A stretch of DNA of 33,523 bases from Dehalococcoidia bacterium (GCA_029857995.1 JAOUFZ010000002.1:1-33523); one strand, 5' to 3'; counted from the first letter of the stretch, positions 7,247 through 16,155 are shown. The notes: generated from the sequence alone by a model not told the origin. Program-made: numbers and translations.

Positions 7247-8962
7247 TTAGCCCCTCTCCTTTCTCACTGCTTGGGCGATAAAGGCTGGTGTAAAGGGCCG
7301 CCCATCGTATTTCAGGATTCGACCGCTAACATCATATCCCGTTTCTGCCTTCATGAGGCGGGCAAGCTGTCCCGTAGCATTGTTTTCAATGGCGTAGCTA
7401 TTTCGGGCCTTACTGACAGCATCGGCTACTGCCTTCGCCGGGAAAGGCCATAGTTCATTGAGGTGAAGCATATTGACGCTGGCGTCTTCCTTGCACAGGA
7501 TATCCACTGCCTCATGGATAGCTCCATAAGTGCTGCCCCAGCCTATAAGAGTTGTTTCCGCCTTTTTAGGACCGTACTTCTTTGGTGTGCCGATTTCCTC
7601 TTTAAGTGAAAAAAGCTTTCGCAGTCTTTTCTGCACCTGTGCCGTCCTCTCCCCAGCATCTTCCGTGAGGTGTCCTTCCTCATCGTGCTCGTCGCAGTCG
7701 GTGACCACCAGTGCCTTGCCCAGACCAGGGAAGGCTCGGGGAGAAATACCGGACTTTGTTACCCTGTGTCTCAGGTACTCCAAGGGGTCATCCTCTTTCT
7801 CTGAAAATAACATGCCGCGGTCGATGCTTACCTGCGAGAGGTCTAATGGGTCAACGGTGGCATAGGAGCTTGCCAGATGCTGATCGGTTAAAATAATAAC
7901 CGGCAGTTGATATTTTTCTGCCCAATTGAAAGCGTTGATCGTTACCCAGAAGGCATCTTCAATGGTAGCCGGTGCCAAGACAGCCCTGGGGAAGTCGCCG
8001 TGGTGGGCATGAAGCACAAACTGAAGGTCACCCTGTTCCGTTCGGGTGGGCAGGCCTACAGCTGGACCCGGTCGCTGCCCATCAATTATCACTATCGGTG
8101 TCTCAGTGATGCCCGCCAGCCCTATGCCTTCTACCATGAGGCAAAGGCCGCTGCCAGAGGTGGCAGTCATGGCCCTGACACCAGCGTAGGCAGCCCCAAT
8201 AGCCATGTTGATGGCAGCTATCTCGTCCTCAGCGTGGACCATTACCAAATCGAATTCTTTTGATTTGGCTGCCATATATTCCATGATAGAGCTGGCAGGG
8301 GTCATAGGATAGGCAGCCATGAATTTGCATCCTGCGGCAATCGCCCCCAGAGATATTGCCTCGTTGCCGGTGAGCAGCATTCTCTTAGCCTCAGAGAGGG
8401 GCTTGAGCTTACGAAGGTTGCCTTTCTGCTCAGACTGGACATAGTCGTATCCCGCCTTTGCCGCTGCAATATTCCTATCGGCAACTTCGCCCTTCCCGAA
8501 CCAGTCTACCAGAACCGTATTTAGTATGTTCAGATCATATTTTACCGCTGCCAGGACAGCACCGAGGGCCACGGTATTGATCATGAGCTTGGCTCCAGCC
8601 TTCTCCTCGGCCAGCTTCTCCAGCGGTATGCTGAAAAGGCTACCATTATTACCGCTGATTCCCTTTACCTTTTCTCCATCGAAAATGATAATGCCTTGAG
8701 TAACCATATTCGGTTGGTGCAATTCGATACTGTCCATGTTAAGTGCAATCAGTATGTCCACGTCTTCGGCAATGGCATCTACCTTGCCGTCACTGACTCT
8801 GACACGGAAGAAGTTATGTCCGCCTCTAACTCTGGACTCGTAATCCTGGTCAGCGAAGATATGGTAACCGCCGCGGGCAAAGACTTTAGCCAGCAGGAAT
8901 CCTACCGACTGCACTCCTTGTCCAGCTTCTCCGCCCACCATGAAATTAAAATCAACAGGCAT
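7247..8962 (-). CDS. korA: 2-oxoacid:ferredoxin oxidoreductase, fused gamma-alpha subunit
   Basis: 571 aa. N-terminal gamma-like domain (GGEAGQGVQSVGFLLAKVFARGGYHIF...RGG), then alpha domain (AAYPMTPAS...TATSGSGLCLM). Confidence 0.9.
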   Translation of the reverse strand: MPVDFNFMVGGEAGQGVQSVGFLLAKVFARGGYHIFADQDYESRVRGGHNFFRVRVSDGKVDAIAEDVDILIALNMDSIELHQPNMVTQGIIIFDGEKVKGISGNNGSLFSIPLEKLAEEKAGAKLMINTVALGAVLAAVKYDLNILNTVLVDWFGKGEVADRNIAAAKAGYDYVQSEQKGNLRKLKPLSEAKRMLLTGNEAISLGAIAAGCKFMAAYPMTPASSIMEYMAAKSKEFDLVMVHAEDEIAAINMAIGAAYAGVRAMTATSGSGLCLMVEGIGLAGITETPIVIIDGQRPGPAVGLPTRTEQGDLQFVLHAHHGDFPRAVLAPATIEDAFWVTINAFNWAEKYQLPVIILTDQHLASSYATVDPLDLSQVSIDRGMLFSEKEDDPLEYLRHRVTKSGISPRAFPGLGKALVVTDCDEHDEEGHLTEDAGERTAQVQKRLRKLFSLKEEIGTPKKYGPKKAETTLIGWGSTYGAIHEAVDILCKEDASVNMLHLNELWPFPAKAVADAVSKARNSYAIENNATGQLARLMKAETGYDVSGRILKYDGRPFTPAFIAQAVRKERG

Positions 8963-9300
8963 TAATCGCCTCCAGATTGACTCTTCTTATGTTTGTCGAT
9001 AACCTCATCCACCCACTTCATGGCAGCAATCATTGTGGGGAACCCTGCCGTAGTAAATGCTAGGAGCACAGCGTGGCGAAGCTCCTCGGCGGTCATGCCT
9101 TCCTCAAGCGCTCGCCGGGCATGTGACTTTACCCCACCTTCTGAACTCAAGCCAATGGCAATGCCCAGCTTTATCAGTCGCCTTGCTTTTTCATCCAACG
9201 GCCCCCAGTCATGACATTTGACGGCTAGTTCGTCATAGGCTTTAGCTATCTCAGGAAATTGGTGCTTGAATCCTTTGTAGATATCCGGCAAATAAGTCAC
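8962..9300 (-). CDS. Carboxymuconolactone decarboxylase / AhpD-like family protein
   Basis: GGAAGGAGA SD lies 6 nt before GTG 9300 (VTYLPDIYKGF...). CMD-type helices ...LDEKARRLIKLGIAIGLSSEGGVKSHARRALEEGMTAEEL. Its stop overlaps the korA ATG (TAATG). Confidence 0.8.
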   Translation of the reverse strand: MTYLPDIYKGFKHQFPEIAKAYDELAVKCHDWGPLDEKARRLIKLGIAIGLSSEGGVKSHARRALEEGMTAEELRHAVLLAFTTAGFPTMIAAMKWVDEVIDKHKKSQSGGD

Positions 9301-9463
9301 GGTACATCTCCTTCCAGTCAAGGCCTATGGCCATCCAAAGAGCATTAACGACGGAACTGACTGTATGATCACCTCCTGGGTTCTAAAATTGCCTTCATGC
9401 TCTGCTCCTCAGCAACAATGTCTCCAAGTAAGACAGACATAGTCATCTCTGATAAACGCTTCG

Positions 9464-9859
9464 CTATGACATCTTGATTTCTTTGCTTGACTGCCAAAGA
9501 CCGTGGATATTGCACAATGCACTGGCGTAGATAACCCCGGGCTTGCCCGTCTTCATCGACAAGCTGACTTCATGCTGAGTGTATATTGAGCTTTTATCCG
9601 GTCCCTCTACCGATTCCCCGTGGGCGGCAAACTCAAAGTGCCCTATCTGGTAGGTAAACTTTTCCCCGTCCGGGTGGAAGTAAACCGAAATCCATCGGAT
9701 ATGGTATTCGGTTGTATTGGGATGAGCTATCTCTTTCCCCAGAGTTACCTTCACCGGAAAGAACTCACTGGCTTTCACTTTGTCCGCGCACTCTATTACC
9801 GGGACATGCTTCTCCATCTTCCAGTCCGCGCTTTGAAAAAGTCCTCCAAATTGTTTCAT
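9464..9859 (-). CDS. sor: Superoxide reductase, 1Fe type (neelaredoxin)
   Basis: 131 aa. EKHVPVIE, KEIAHPNTTEYHIRWI and CNIHGLW iron ligands. Near-collinear with the Pyrococcus-type SOR as I remember it. Confidence 0.92.
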   Translation of the reverse strand: MKQFGGLFQSADWKMEKHVPVIECADKVKASEFFPVKVTLGKEIAHPNTTEYHIRWISVYFHPDGEKFTYQIGHFEFAAHGESVEGPDKSSIYTQHEVSLSMKTGKPGVIYASALCNIHGLWQSSKEIKMS

Positions 9860-9912
9860 TCCATTCCCTCCTCCCTAGATATCTGCACATATTTTGATCT
9901 TCTTATATTTGC

Positions 9913-10428
9913 CTATATGCCGGGTACGCACCCAGGTGCTCTGACCATTAATACGGGAACACAACTGGCTCTGAGGACTTTGTCGGCAACGCTGCCATAA
10001 GCCCAGCGACTCGGGCCGGAGCGGCCGTGACTGGACATGACAATAATGTCAGCACCATTTTGCTCTGCGTAAGAAGCAATCGCCTCAGCAGGAGGCCAAA
10101 AGAGCACCTCCGTGTGTACCTTGACTCCTTTAGATTCCAATTTCTCGGCTATCCTGCCGAGATACCTTTCGGCCTGCTTCTCTTTCTTGCCGAATGCTTC
10201 CGGTACAAGTCGTTGAAGTGGTGGCTGGATGGAGCTCCCCCAGCCACCACCTGAGCGAATAAATGGCTCGGTTGAGCCCTTGACTGCTCTATAGCCTTGA
10301 ACGCGCTCAGTGACACTGACCAATATGACCTCTGTTGTGTCGCAGCCCTTAGCCAATTCTTCTGCATGAGGAAGTGCGCACTCGGCCAATTTAGAGCCAT
10401 CCAGCGCAACCAAGATCTTTTTGTACAT
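9913..10428 (-). CDS. Universal stress protein (UspA family), paralog 1
   Basis: MYKKILVALDGS...VMSSHGRSG...GSVADKVLR...[21 protein letters not shown]. Confidence 0.9.
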   Translation of the reverse strand: MYKKILVALDGSKLAECALPHAEELAKGCDTTEVILVSVTERVQGYRAVKGSTEPFIRSGGGWGSSIQPPLQRLVPEAFGKKEKQAERYLGRIAEKLESKGVKVHTEVLFWPPAEAIASYAEQNGADIIVMSSHGRSGPSRWAYGSVADKVLRASCVPVLMVRAPGCVPGI

Positions 10429-10449
10429 CTTTGACCTCTCTTTTCACTT

Positions 10450-10965
10450 TCAAATGCCGGGCACACAGCCCGGTGCTCTAATCATTAACACCGGGATGCA
10501 ACTGGACCTCAGAACTTTGTCGGCAACACTGCCATAGGCCCACCGGCTTGGACCGGAGCGACCATGGCTCGCCATGACAATCAGGTCACATCCATACTGT
10601 TTAGCGTAGCCGACTATTGCCTCGGTAGGTTTCCAAAGAAGTACCTCTGTACTTACATTGATTCCCTTGGCTGCCAGGGTTTTAGCTATTCTGTCAAGAT
10701 ACCTCTGTGCCTGCTTCTCTTTCTTGCCGAATGCTTCCGGTACAAGTCGTTGAAGTGGTGGCTGGATGGAGCCCAGCCAGCCACCCCCCGAGCGAACGAC
10801 TGGCTCGGTTGAGCCCTCAACTGCTCTATAGCCTTGAACGCGCTCGGTAACACTGACCAAGATGACCTCTTCCGTGCCACAGCCTTTAGCCAACTCTTCC
10901 ACATGAGGAAGTGCAGACTCAGCCAACTTGGAGCCATCTAATGGAACTAGAATTTTCTTGTACAT
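10450..10965 (-). CDS. Universal stress protein (UspA family), paralog 2
   Basis: GGAGGG SD before ATG 10965 ([12 protein letters not shown]...). Roughly 80% identical by eye to paralog 1, with a 63-nt identical tract. Same APGCVPGI tail. Confidence 0.9.
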   Translation of the reverse strand: MYKKILVPLDGSKLAESALPHVEELAKGCGTEEVILVSVTERVQGYRAVEGSTEPVVRSGGGWLGSIQPPLQRLVPEAFGKKEKQAQRYLDRIAKTLAAKGINVSTEVLLWKPTEAIVGYAKQYGCDLIVMASHGRSGPSRWAYGSVADKVLRSSCIPVLMIRAPGCVPGI

Positions 10966-10985
10966 CTTGCCCTCCTTTCCTTGCT

Positions 10986-11450
10986 CTAAATACCAGGCAC
11001 ACAACCTGGCGCTCTCACCATCAAAACTGCCACACAGGCGGAACGAAGAACCTGGTCAGCCACACTACCCCAGGCCCAGCGACTTATACCGGAGCGTCCG
11101 TGTGTGGCGATGGCGATCAGATCCATTGAGTTTTTGGTAGCATAGTCAGCGATGCTTTCCCCTGGTGTGCCGGTTATTACTTCTGGCTTGACGGATACTC
11201 CTTCATATCGAGTCCGTTTGATCAGCTGGCTCAGGTAGCTCTCCGCAGCCGCTTTATTATCTACATCAATGCTATTTATAGTTTCCTGGCTGAGACAACC
11301 GTCATAGTCGCAGAACTGGTGAAAAGGCTCGTGCACGCGGAGAAAAATAACTTCTTCCACCCCACACCCTTTTGCAACAGACTCCACGTGAGGAAGTACA
11401 CACTCCGCCAGTTCCGAGCCGTCCAATGGCACCAAAATCTTCTTGTACAT
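10986..11450 (-). CDS. Universal stress protein (UspA family), paralog 3
   Basis: [16 protein letters not shown]...ATHGRSG...GSVADQVLR...[20 protein letters not shown]. Lacks the about 20-aa insertion found in paralogs 1 and 2. Confidence 0.9.
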   Translation of the reverse strand: MYKKILVPLDGSELAECVLPHVESVAKGCGVEEVIFLRVHEPFHQFCDYDGCLSQETINSIDVDNKAAAESYLSQLIKRTRYEGVSVKPEVITGTPGESIADYATKNSMDLIAIATHGRSGISRWAWGSVADQVLRSACVAVLMVRAPGCVPGI

Positions 11451-11550
11451 TTGGACCTCCTTCTGATATTTTTACACGATTGGTCTGATACAGCTCAGGT
11501 TTGCATTTTTGTTCCTAGCATGTAATTCCCTCCTTCTGACATATCCTGAT

Positions 11551-12069
11551 TCATAGTAAAGCCTCGATTATTGCCTTATTGAATTTCGGCAGGTCAGCAG
11601 GTTTACGCGCGGTTATGATATTGCCATCCCTGACCACCGGCTCATCAACCCAGATAGCGCCGGCATTTTTCAGGTCTACCGCTACCGAAGGCCATGAAGT
11701 TACACGGCGCCCTTTGACTATATCGGCTGAGATCAGAAGCTGGGGGCCGTGGCAGATTGCGGCTATTATCTTGCCCTCAGCATGCGCCTTCCGTATCAAA
11801 TCAACCATCGGCTGGTGCAGGCGCATCTTGTCCGGAGCATAGCCGCCGGGGACAATTATGGCATCAAATTGACTGGCTTCAACCTTATCGGCCGTTGTGT
11901 CTACCGTCACCTTGGCCGAGCCTCTCTTTCCTGTGTAACTTCTCTTCGAGCCGCTGCCCACAATTAGCACACTAGCACCTGCGTCTTTCATCGCTCGCAG
12001 CGGTTCCGTGAACTCGGAGTCTTCAAAATCTTCCTCAGCCAGAATGGCAATGTGCTTTCCCGCAAGCAT
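11551..12069 (-). CDS. DJ-1/PfpI family protein (type 1 glutamine amidotransferase-like intracellular protease/deglycase)
   Basis: 172 aa; nucleophile elbow AAICHGPQLL and VPGGYAPD. AAAGGAGA SD. Confidence 0.9.
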   Translation of the reverse strand: MLAGKHIAILAEEDFEDSEFTEPLRAMKDAGASVLIVGSGSKRSYTGKRGSAKVTVDTTADKVEASQFDAIIVPGGYAPDKMRLHQPMVDLIRKAHAEGKIIAAICHGPQLLISADIVKGRRVTSWPSVAVDLKNAGAIWVDEPVVRDGNIITARKPADLPKFNKAIIEALL

Positions 12070-12111
12070 ATGTGTTATCTCCTTTCTGAATTGGTCATCC
12101 TTCTCCTAGTG

Positions 12112-12417
12112 TTAGCCTTTTCTTAACCTCCTTTTACGCGGTGTCGTATCACTTGAAGTAAGGAGGTCAAGTGAAATCTCATTATCTCGAGTGATTAACA
12201 GACGCAGGTTTTCGGTGATGCCATCAATGCATCCAAGGATCGGCATTATCGCTTCAGCCAGGCTTTGCCTGTCTGCAGCTTCAACCGCAACAATGATATT
12301 GGGGTACCCTTCCAGCTGGTCGGCAAGAATAACCCCTGCCCTGCTCTGCAGCATGTGAACCGCGTATTGGCAGCTCCGATCTACAATATCAAGCAACATG
12401 TATACTCTCACGCTCAT
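12112..12417 (-). CDS. Small protein resembling a stand-alone Lrp/AsnC ligand-binding (RAM-like) domain
   Basis: 101 aa; VRVYMLLDIV...GVILADQLEGYPNIIVAVEAAD...ITENLRLL. Its ATG overlaps the upstream ORF stop (ATGA). Confidence 0.5.
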   Translation of the reverse strand: MSVRVYMLLDIVDRSCQYAVHMLQSRAGVILADQLEGYPNIIVAVEAADRQSLAEAIMPILGCIDGITENLRLLITRDNEISLDLLTSSDTTPRKRRLRKG

Positions 12418-12602
12418 TTATTTGCACCTCTTCCTTCGCCCATGATTTCTGAAATATGCCACGCTTCAATAAGATTGGACTCGAAGCAATTCAGGGTTGC
12501 CCATCCAGAGCAGAAGAGCACCAGCCCATGACCATCGAAAATGGAACGCACTTTTGTCCCGTTTAGAGACTGAGCTTGTAGATATTGGGCTAGTACAACC
12601 AC
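12414..12602 (-). CDS. Hypothetical small protein (62 aa)
   Basis: GTG start with GGAGA 9 nt upstream, ATGA coupling to the next gene, and motif copy D 59 nt upstream. No family recognised. Confidence 0.35.
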   Translation of the reverse strand: MVVLAQYLQAQSLNGTKVRSIFDGHGLVLFCSGWATLNCFESNLIEAWHISEIMGEGRGANK

Positions 12603-12661
12603 TGTGGATTTTCTCCAAGACTACTTCGGTAGGGATATTCTATAAAGTAGGCAATGGAAAA

Positions 12662-12702
12662 GTCATAAAATGTAGGCAGAAAAAGTTACAAAACTATGAC
12701 AT
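12662..12702 (-). promoter_or_regulatory. Copy D of the 41-bp motif, 59 nt upstream of ORF 12414-12602 and 38 nt downstream of the response-regulator stop
   Basis: GTCATAAAAT-GTAGGCAGAA-AAAGTTACAAAACTATGACAT; the conserved blocks are identical to copy A. Confidence 0.6.
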
Positions 12703-12739
12703 TTGGGAGAGTATTGGAGAGGTTGGATAGAAATCAGCT

Positions 12740-13438
12740 TCAGGCAGAAGGCACGTCCATCATGTAGCCTGTCTTAGGTATCGTACGAATGAGCTTGGGA
12801 CTATCAGGTTCACTTTCTATCTTTTCTCTTAGCCGGCTAATCCATGTGCGCAGTATCTGTACATCGTCCCGATACTCAGGCCCCCAGATTCGTGTTAGAA
12901 GGTCACTATAAAGTATGAGCTTCCCGGCATTCTGGGCAAGCTCACTTAGTAGAAGCCATTCGATGCGGGTCAAGCGAGTTTCTTTCCCTCGCAAAATAAC
13001 AAGGTGCTTTTTGAAATCAATGACTAAATCACCCAGAGAAAGTTGATCACGGATTTTCCGTGTCCCATCTGGTGTTAGGCGCCGCCTCACCGCCTCAATT
13101 CGTGCCACCAATTCATCGGGGTTGAAAGGCTTGGCCAGATAGTCATCGGCACCAAGGGTAAGCCCCTTTACCTTATCTGCGTTTGTTTCCTTAGCGCTGA
13201 GGATGATAGTTGGTATTGGGGAAAAGGTGCGGAGTTCTTTCAACGTCTCAAAACCGTCCTTTTTGGGCATCAAGATATCAAGTATCACCAGGTCTGGCTC
13301 CTGCGTTTGTACCTGCTCCAAAGCCTTTACGCCATCGCTGGCGGTAAAAACCTCATAGCCTGAGGCTTTCAGCTTGGAGCTGAGGAAGTTCAGAATACGT
13401 TGCTCATCATCGACTACTAGGATACGAAACTGTCTCAT
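12740..13438 (-). CDS. OmpR/PhoB-family response regulator (receiver plus winged-helix)
   Basis: 232 aa; ILVVDDE, DLVILDILMPKKDG, ILSAK and C-terminal trans_reg_C motifs (LTRIEWLLLSEL...RTWISRLREKIE...IRTIPKTGY). Confidence 0.92.
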   Translation of the reverse strand: MRQFRILVVDDEQRILNFLSSKLKASGYEVFTASDGVKALEQVQTQEPDLVILDILMPKKDGFETLKELRTFSPIPTIILSAKETNADKVKGLTLGADDYLAKPFNPDELVARIEAVRRRLTPDGTRKIRDQLSLGDLVIDFKKHLVILRGKETRLTRIEWLLLSELAQNAGKLILYSDLLTRIWGPEYRDDVQILRTWISRLREKIESEPDSPKLIRTIPKTGYMMDVPSA

Positions 13439-13518
13439 AATATTGTGTTATACATACTCCTGCGCTCAAAATAATAATCTGCGCATGCAAGCAATGTCAA
13501 CCATCTACTTTGTTTTTG

Positions 13519-13547
13519 TTGACTGGGAGGCAAGGCGCAACTAGAAT
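13519..13547 (+). promoter_or_regulatory. Sigma70-like promoter for the histidine kinase (TTGACT-N17-TAGAAT)
   Basis: -35 at 13519-13524 and -10 at 13542-13547, 45 nt upstream of ATG 13593. Confidence 0.45.
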
Positions 13548-13592
13548 ATGAACAATTGACCTGATTAGTAGAGTGATACAAGGAGGATGCCA

Positions 13593-15650
13593 ATGGAAGA
13601 TGAACTTAGAAACAGTGGTATTGATGTGCTTGGCGCCGTACCCTGGGGTACCCACTTCTGTCAGTTTTATAAGACCAAGCAGGACCTAATTGACACACTT
13701 GTCCCTTATTTCAAAGCAGGCTTAGAGAGTAATGAATTCTGCATGTGGGTTACTTCTGAACCACTCATGGTAGCCGAGGCACAAGGGGCCATCAGAGCAG
13801 CAGTTAGTGATTTCGATAAGTACCTGCGTGAAGGACAGATAGAGATAATCCCGTACAGCCAATGGTATCTGCTGGGGGGCACTTTTGATGATGACCGCGT
13901 GCTCGCCGGCTGGATCAGCAAGGTAGAGCAGGCTCTGGCCAGAGGCTATGACGGGCTGCGGCTGACGGGCAACACCTTCTGGCTGGAAAGGAACCAGTGG
14001 CATAGTTTCACGGAATATGAGTCTAAGGTGAACAACATAATCGGTCGGTACCGGATGATAGCAGCGTGCACCTACAGCCTCGATAGATGTGATGCCGCCG
14101 CTGTACTCGACGTGGTCAAGAACCATCAGTTCGCCCTGATTGAACACGAAGGCAAGTGGGATATCATCGAAAGTGCTATCTACAGGCAAGCAAAACAAGC
14201 ATTGGCAGAGAACGAACAAAATCTGAACAGTGCTCAGGCTGTAGCTCATACCGGTAGCTGGCGTCTGGATGTCCAGCGCAACCAGCTTCTGTGGTCCGAC
14301 GAGACTTACCGAATCTTCGGCATCCCCAAGGGAATGCCTATGACTTATGAAACTTTCCTCTCAAGCGTTCACCCTGAGGATCGGAAATACGTTGACCGGA
14401 AATGGATGGCGGCTCTTCACGGCGAGCCATACGACATTGAGCACCGTATCATTGTGGACGATGAAGTGAAGTGGGTTTGCGAGATGGCCGAACTAGAGTT
14501 CGATTCAAAGGGTGAGCTTAAAGGCGGTTTTGGAACTGCTCAGGACATCACCAAGCGCAAACAAGTGGAAGATGAACTCAGAGTCAAAGCCTTCGCCGTT
14601 ACTTCATCTGCCAGTGGCATTGCTATTACGGACCTGGATGGCATTGTGACCTATGTGAATCTTGCCTGTCTCAGCATGTGGGATTATGAACAAGAAGAAG
14701 AGGTGCTTGGTAAGCATGCTATCAACTTCTTTGCAGATAAGAATGAGTTTGGTGTGACGCTGAAGGCAGTCTTGAAGGAAGGTGTGTGGCAGGGCGAAGC
14801 CAAGGCTAGGCAGAGTGATGGGTCAACTTTTGATGTGCTGGTCTTGGCAAACCTGGTTGCCGATGCTGATGGCAAACCCTTCTGTATGATGGCTTCCTTT
14901 GTGGATATCACCGAACGTAAAAGACTTGAACAACTTAAAGATGAGTTCATTGGACTCGTATCCCATGAATTGCGGACGCCATTAACTGTAATCGGCGGCT
15001 GTTTGAGTACTTTACTCACCGAGCGAACTCGCTTGTCACCAACTGATGTAAAGCAACTAACCAAAGATGCCCTTCTAGAAACCGAGGCTCTCTCTCAACT
15101 GATAGAAAACCTGCTGGAGCTTTCACGAGTACAGGCTCAGAAACTGGCTCTTTACCTGGAACCAATTGACATCAAAACCCTGGTTAGAGATACGCTATCC
15201 AAGATAAAACGGCAAGTCACTGGACGCCGGTTCGTTACTTCTTTCCCTGACAAGCTTCCGTCAATAAGCGCCGACCCATTAAGGATTGAACGAGTACTGT
15301 ATAACCTGCTGGACAACGCAGCCAAATATTCTCAGCCGGGCACTCAGATAAAAGTCTCAGTTAATCCAGAGCCAGAGCGTCTGGTCATAGGAGTCAATGA
15401 TCGGGGTAGAGGTCTATCCCCCAGTGAGCAGGCTAGAATCTTTGGCCCATTCCAGCGCCTTGAGAATAACAGGCCTGACCAGACCAGAGGGGCTGGGCTC
15501 GGCCTGATGGTTTGCCTGAGATTAGTGGAAGCCCATGGTGGGGAAATGTGGGTGGAGTCTAAAAAAGGCAGGGGGTCAACCTTTTTCTTCAGTCTGCCCC
15601 GTAGAAAAGGAACAGATGCAGGTAAGGTTAGCCTTGACACAGCAAAATGA
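13593..15650 (+). CDS. Sensor histidine kinase: MEDS-like N-terminal domain, two PAS/PAC domains, HisKA, HATPase_c
   Basis: AGGAGG at 13581-13586 favours the second ATG (13593). N-terminus HFCQFYKTKQDLIDTLVPYFKAGLESNEFCMWV resembles MEDS. PAS/PAC region (WSDETYRIFGIP...HPEDR...DITKRKQ). H-box SHELRTPLT. N/G boxes (LDNAAKYS, DRGRGL, GLGL). No predicted TM segment. Confidence 0.9.
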   Translation: MEDELRNSGIDVLGAVPWGTHFCQFYKTKQDLIDTLVPYFKAGLESNEFCMWVTSEPLMVAEAQGAIRAAVSDFDKYLREGQIEIIPYSQWYLLGGTFDDDRVLAGWISKVEQALARGYDGLRLTGNTFWLERNQWHSFTEYESKVNNIIGRYRMIAACTYSLDRCDAAAVLDVVKNHQFALIEHEGKWDIIESAIYRQAKQALAENEQNLNSAQAVAHTGSWRLDVQRNQLLWSDETYRIFGIPKGMPMTYETFLSSVHPEDRKYVDRKWMAALHGEPYDIEHRIIVDDEVKWVCEMAELEFDSKGELKGGFGTAQDITKRKQVEDELRVKAFAVTSSASGIAITDLDGIVTYVNLACLSMWDYEQEEEVLGKHAINFFADKNEFGVTLKAVLKEGVWQGEAKARQSDGSTFDVLVLANLVADADGKPFCMMASFVDITERKRLEQLKDEFIGLVSHELRTPLTVIGGCLSTLLTERTRLSPTDVKQLTKDALLETEALSQLIENLLELSRVQAQKLALYLEPIDIKTLVRDTLSKIKRQVTGRRFVTSFPDKLPSISADPLRIERVLYNLLDNAAKYSQPGTQIKVSVNPEPERLVIGVNDRGRGLSPSEQARIFGPFQRLENNRPDQTRGAGLGLMVCLRLVEAHGGEMWVESKKGRGSTFFFSLPRRKGTDAGKVSLDTAK

Positions 15651-15720
15651 AACTTATCATCTTTGATCTGGATCAGACACTATATGGCAACCCTAGCTCT
15701 TGAAGACAGCCTTGCCAAAA

Positions 15721-15822
15721 GGTGGCGTACATCCTAAAATAGTAAGCGAAAGGCTGGGGCACGCCAATAATGGCATTACCCTTGATACCTATAGCCATAT
15801 CTTGCCGGGGTTGCAAGAAGGA
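15721..15822 (+). pseudogene. C-terminal remnant of a tyrosine recombinase (phage-type integrase)
   Basis: GGVHPKIVSERLGHANNGITLDTYSHILPGLQEG contains the LGH...Y(catalytic)SH box. There is no upstream ORF. A possible further piece (IRHYMATLALE) lies in another frame at about 15675-15707. The frame runs into the tRNA. Confidence 0.6.
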
Positions 15823-15854
15823 ATAATGGCAAGGAGTTGTGACCTAGCTAGCTC

Positions 15855-15930
<76 letters not shown>

Positions 15931-15964
15931 AGTAGCCAATTTAGCTTCAAAATCTGGTCCGGAG

Positions 15965-15986
15965 GCGCCCGAAAGGGCGCTTTTCT
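15965..15986 (+). terminator. Rho-independent terminator after tRNA-Lys
   Basis: GCGCCC-GAAA-GGGCGC hairpin followed by TTTTCT. Confidence 0.7.
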
Positions 15987-16078
15987 GGTTAATCCGACCG
16001 TTTGACTGTTAGATTTCAGGTGACTTTTGCATCTAATTTTAAAGCTGGAAAAAGTGTTTCAGAGGCTGAGGACACTGT

Positions 16079-16125
16079 GCTGACTTTTAGTCAGCCGATT
16101 CAGGATTCGAGTCCCTGGCGGCTCA
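16079..16125 (+). repeat. Degenerate direct copy of the tRNA-Lys 3' half (anticodon arm to discriminator), att-like
   Basis: 41 of 47 positions are identical to 15881-15927. The anticodon position reads TTT. No 5' half, no D-arm and a disrupted T-stem. Confidence 0.7.
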
Positions 16126-16155
16126 TTTCAGATACTGAATTGCGTTGGATAATAG

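Noticed and set aside
9369-9446. 25-codon ORF (MTMSVLLGDIVAEEQSMKAILEPRR) and a 13-codon SD+ATA mini-ORF in the SOR to AhpD-like gap
   Set aside because: The first has no SD. The second depends on a non-canonical start. Neither can be supported from sequence alone, and the second is mentioned only under the ATA-start finding.
15647-15703. 18-codon ORF MKLIIFDLDQTLYGNPSS overlapping the kinase stop; looks like a HAD hydrolase motif I (DxDxT)
   Set aside because: It is too short to support. The same nucleotides in another frame resemble an integrase box (IRHYMATLALE), so at least one reading is coincidental. It could be the stump of a HAD gene cut by the integration event, but I cannot show that.
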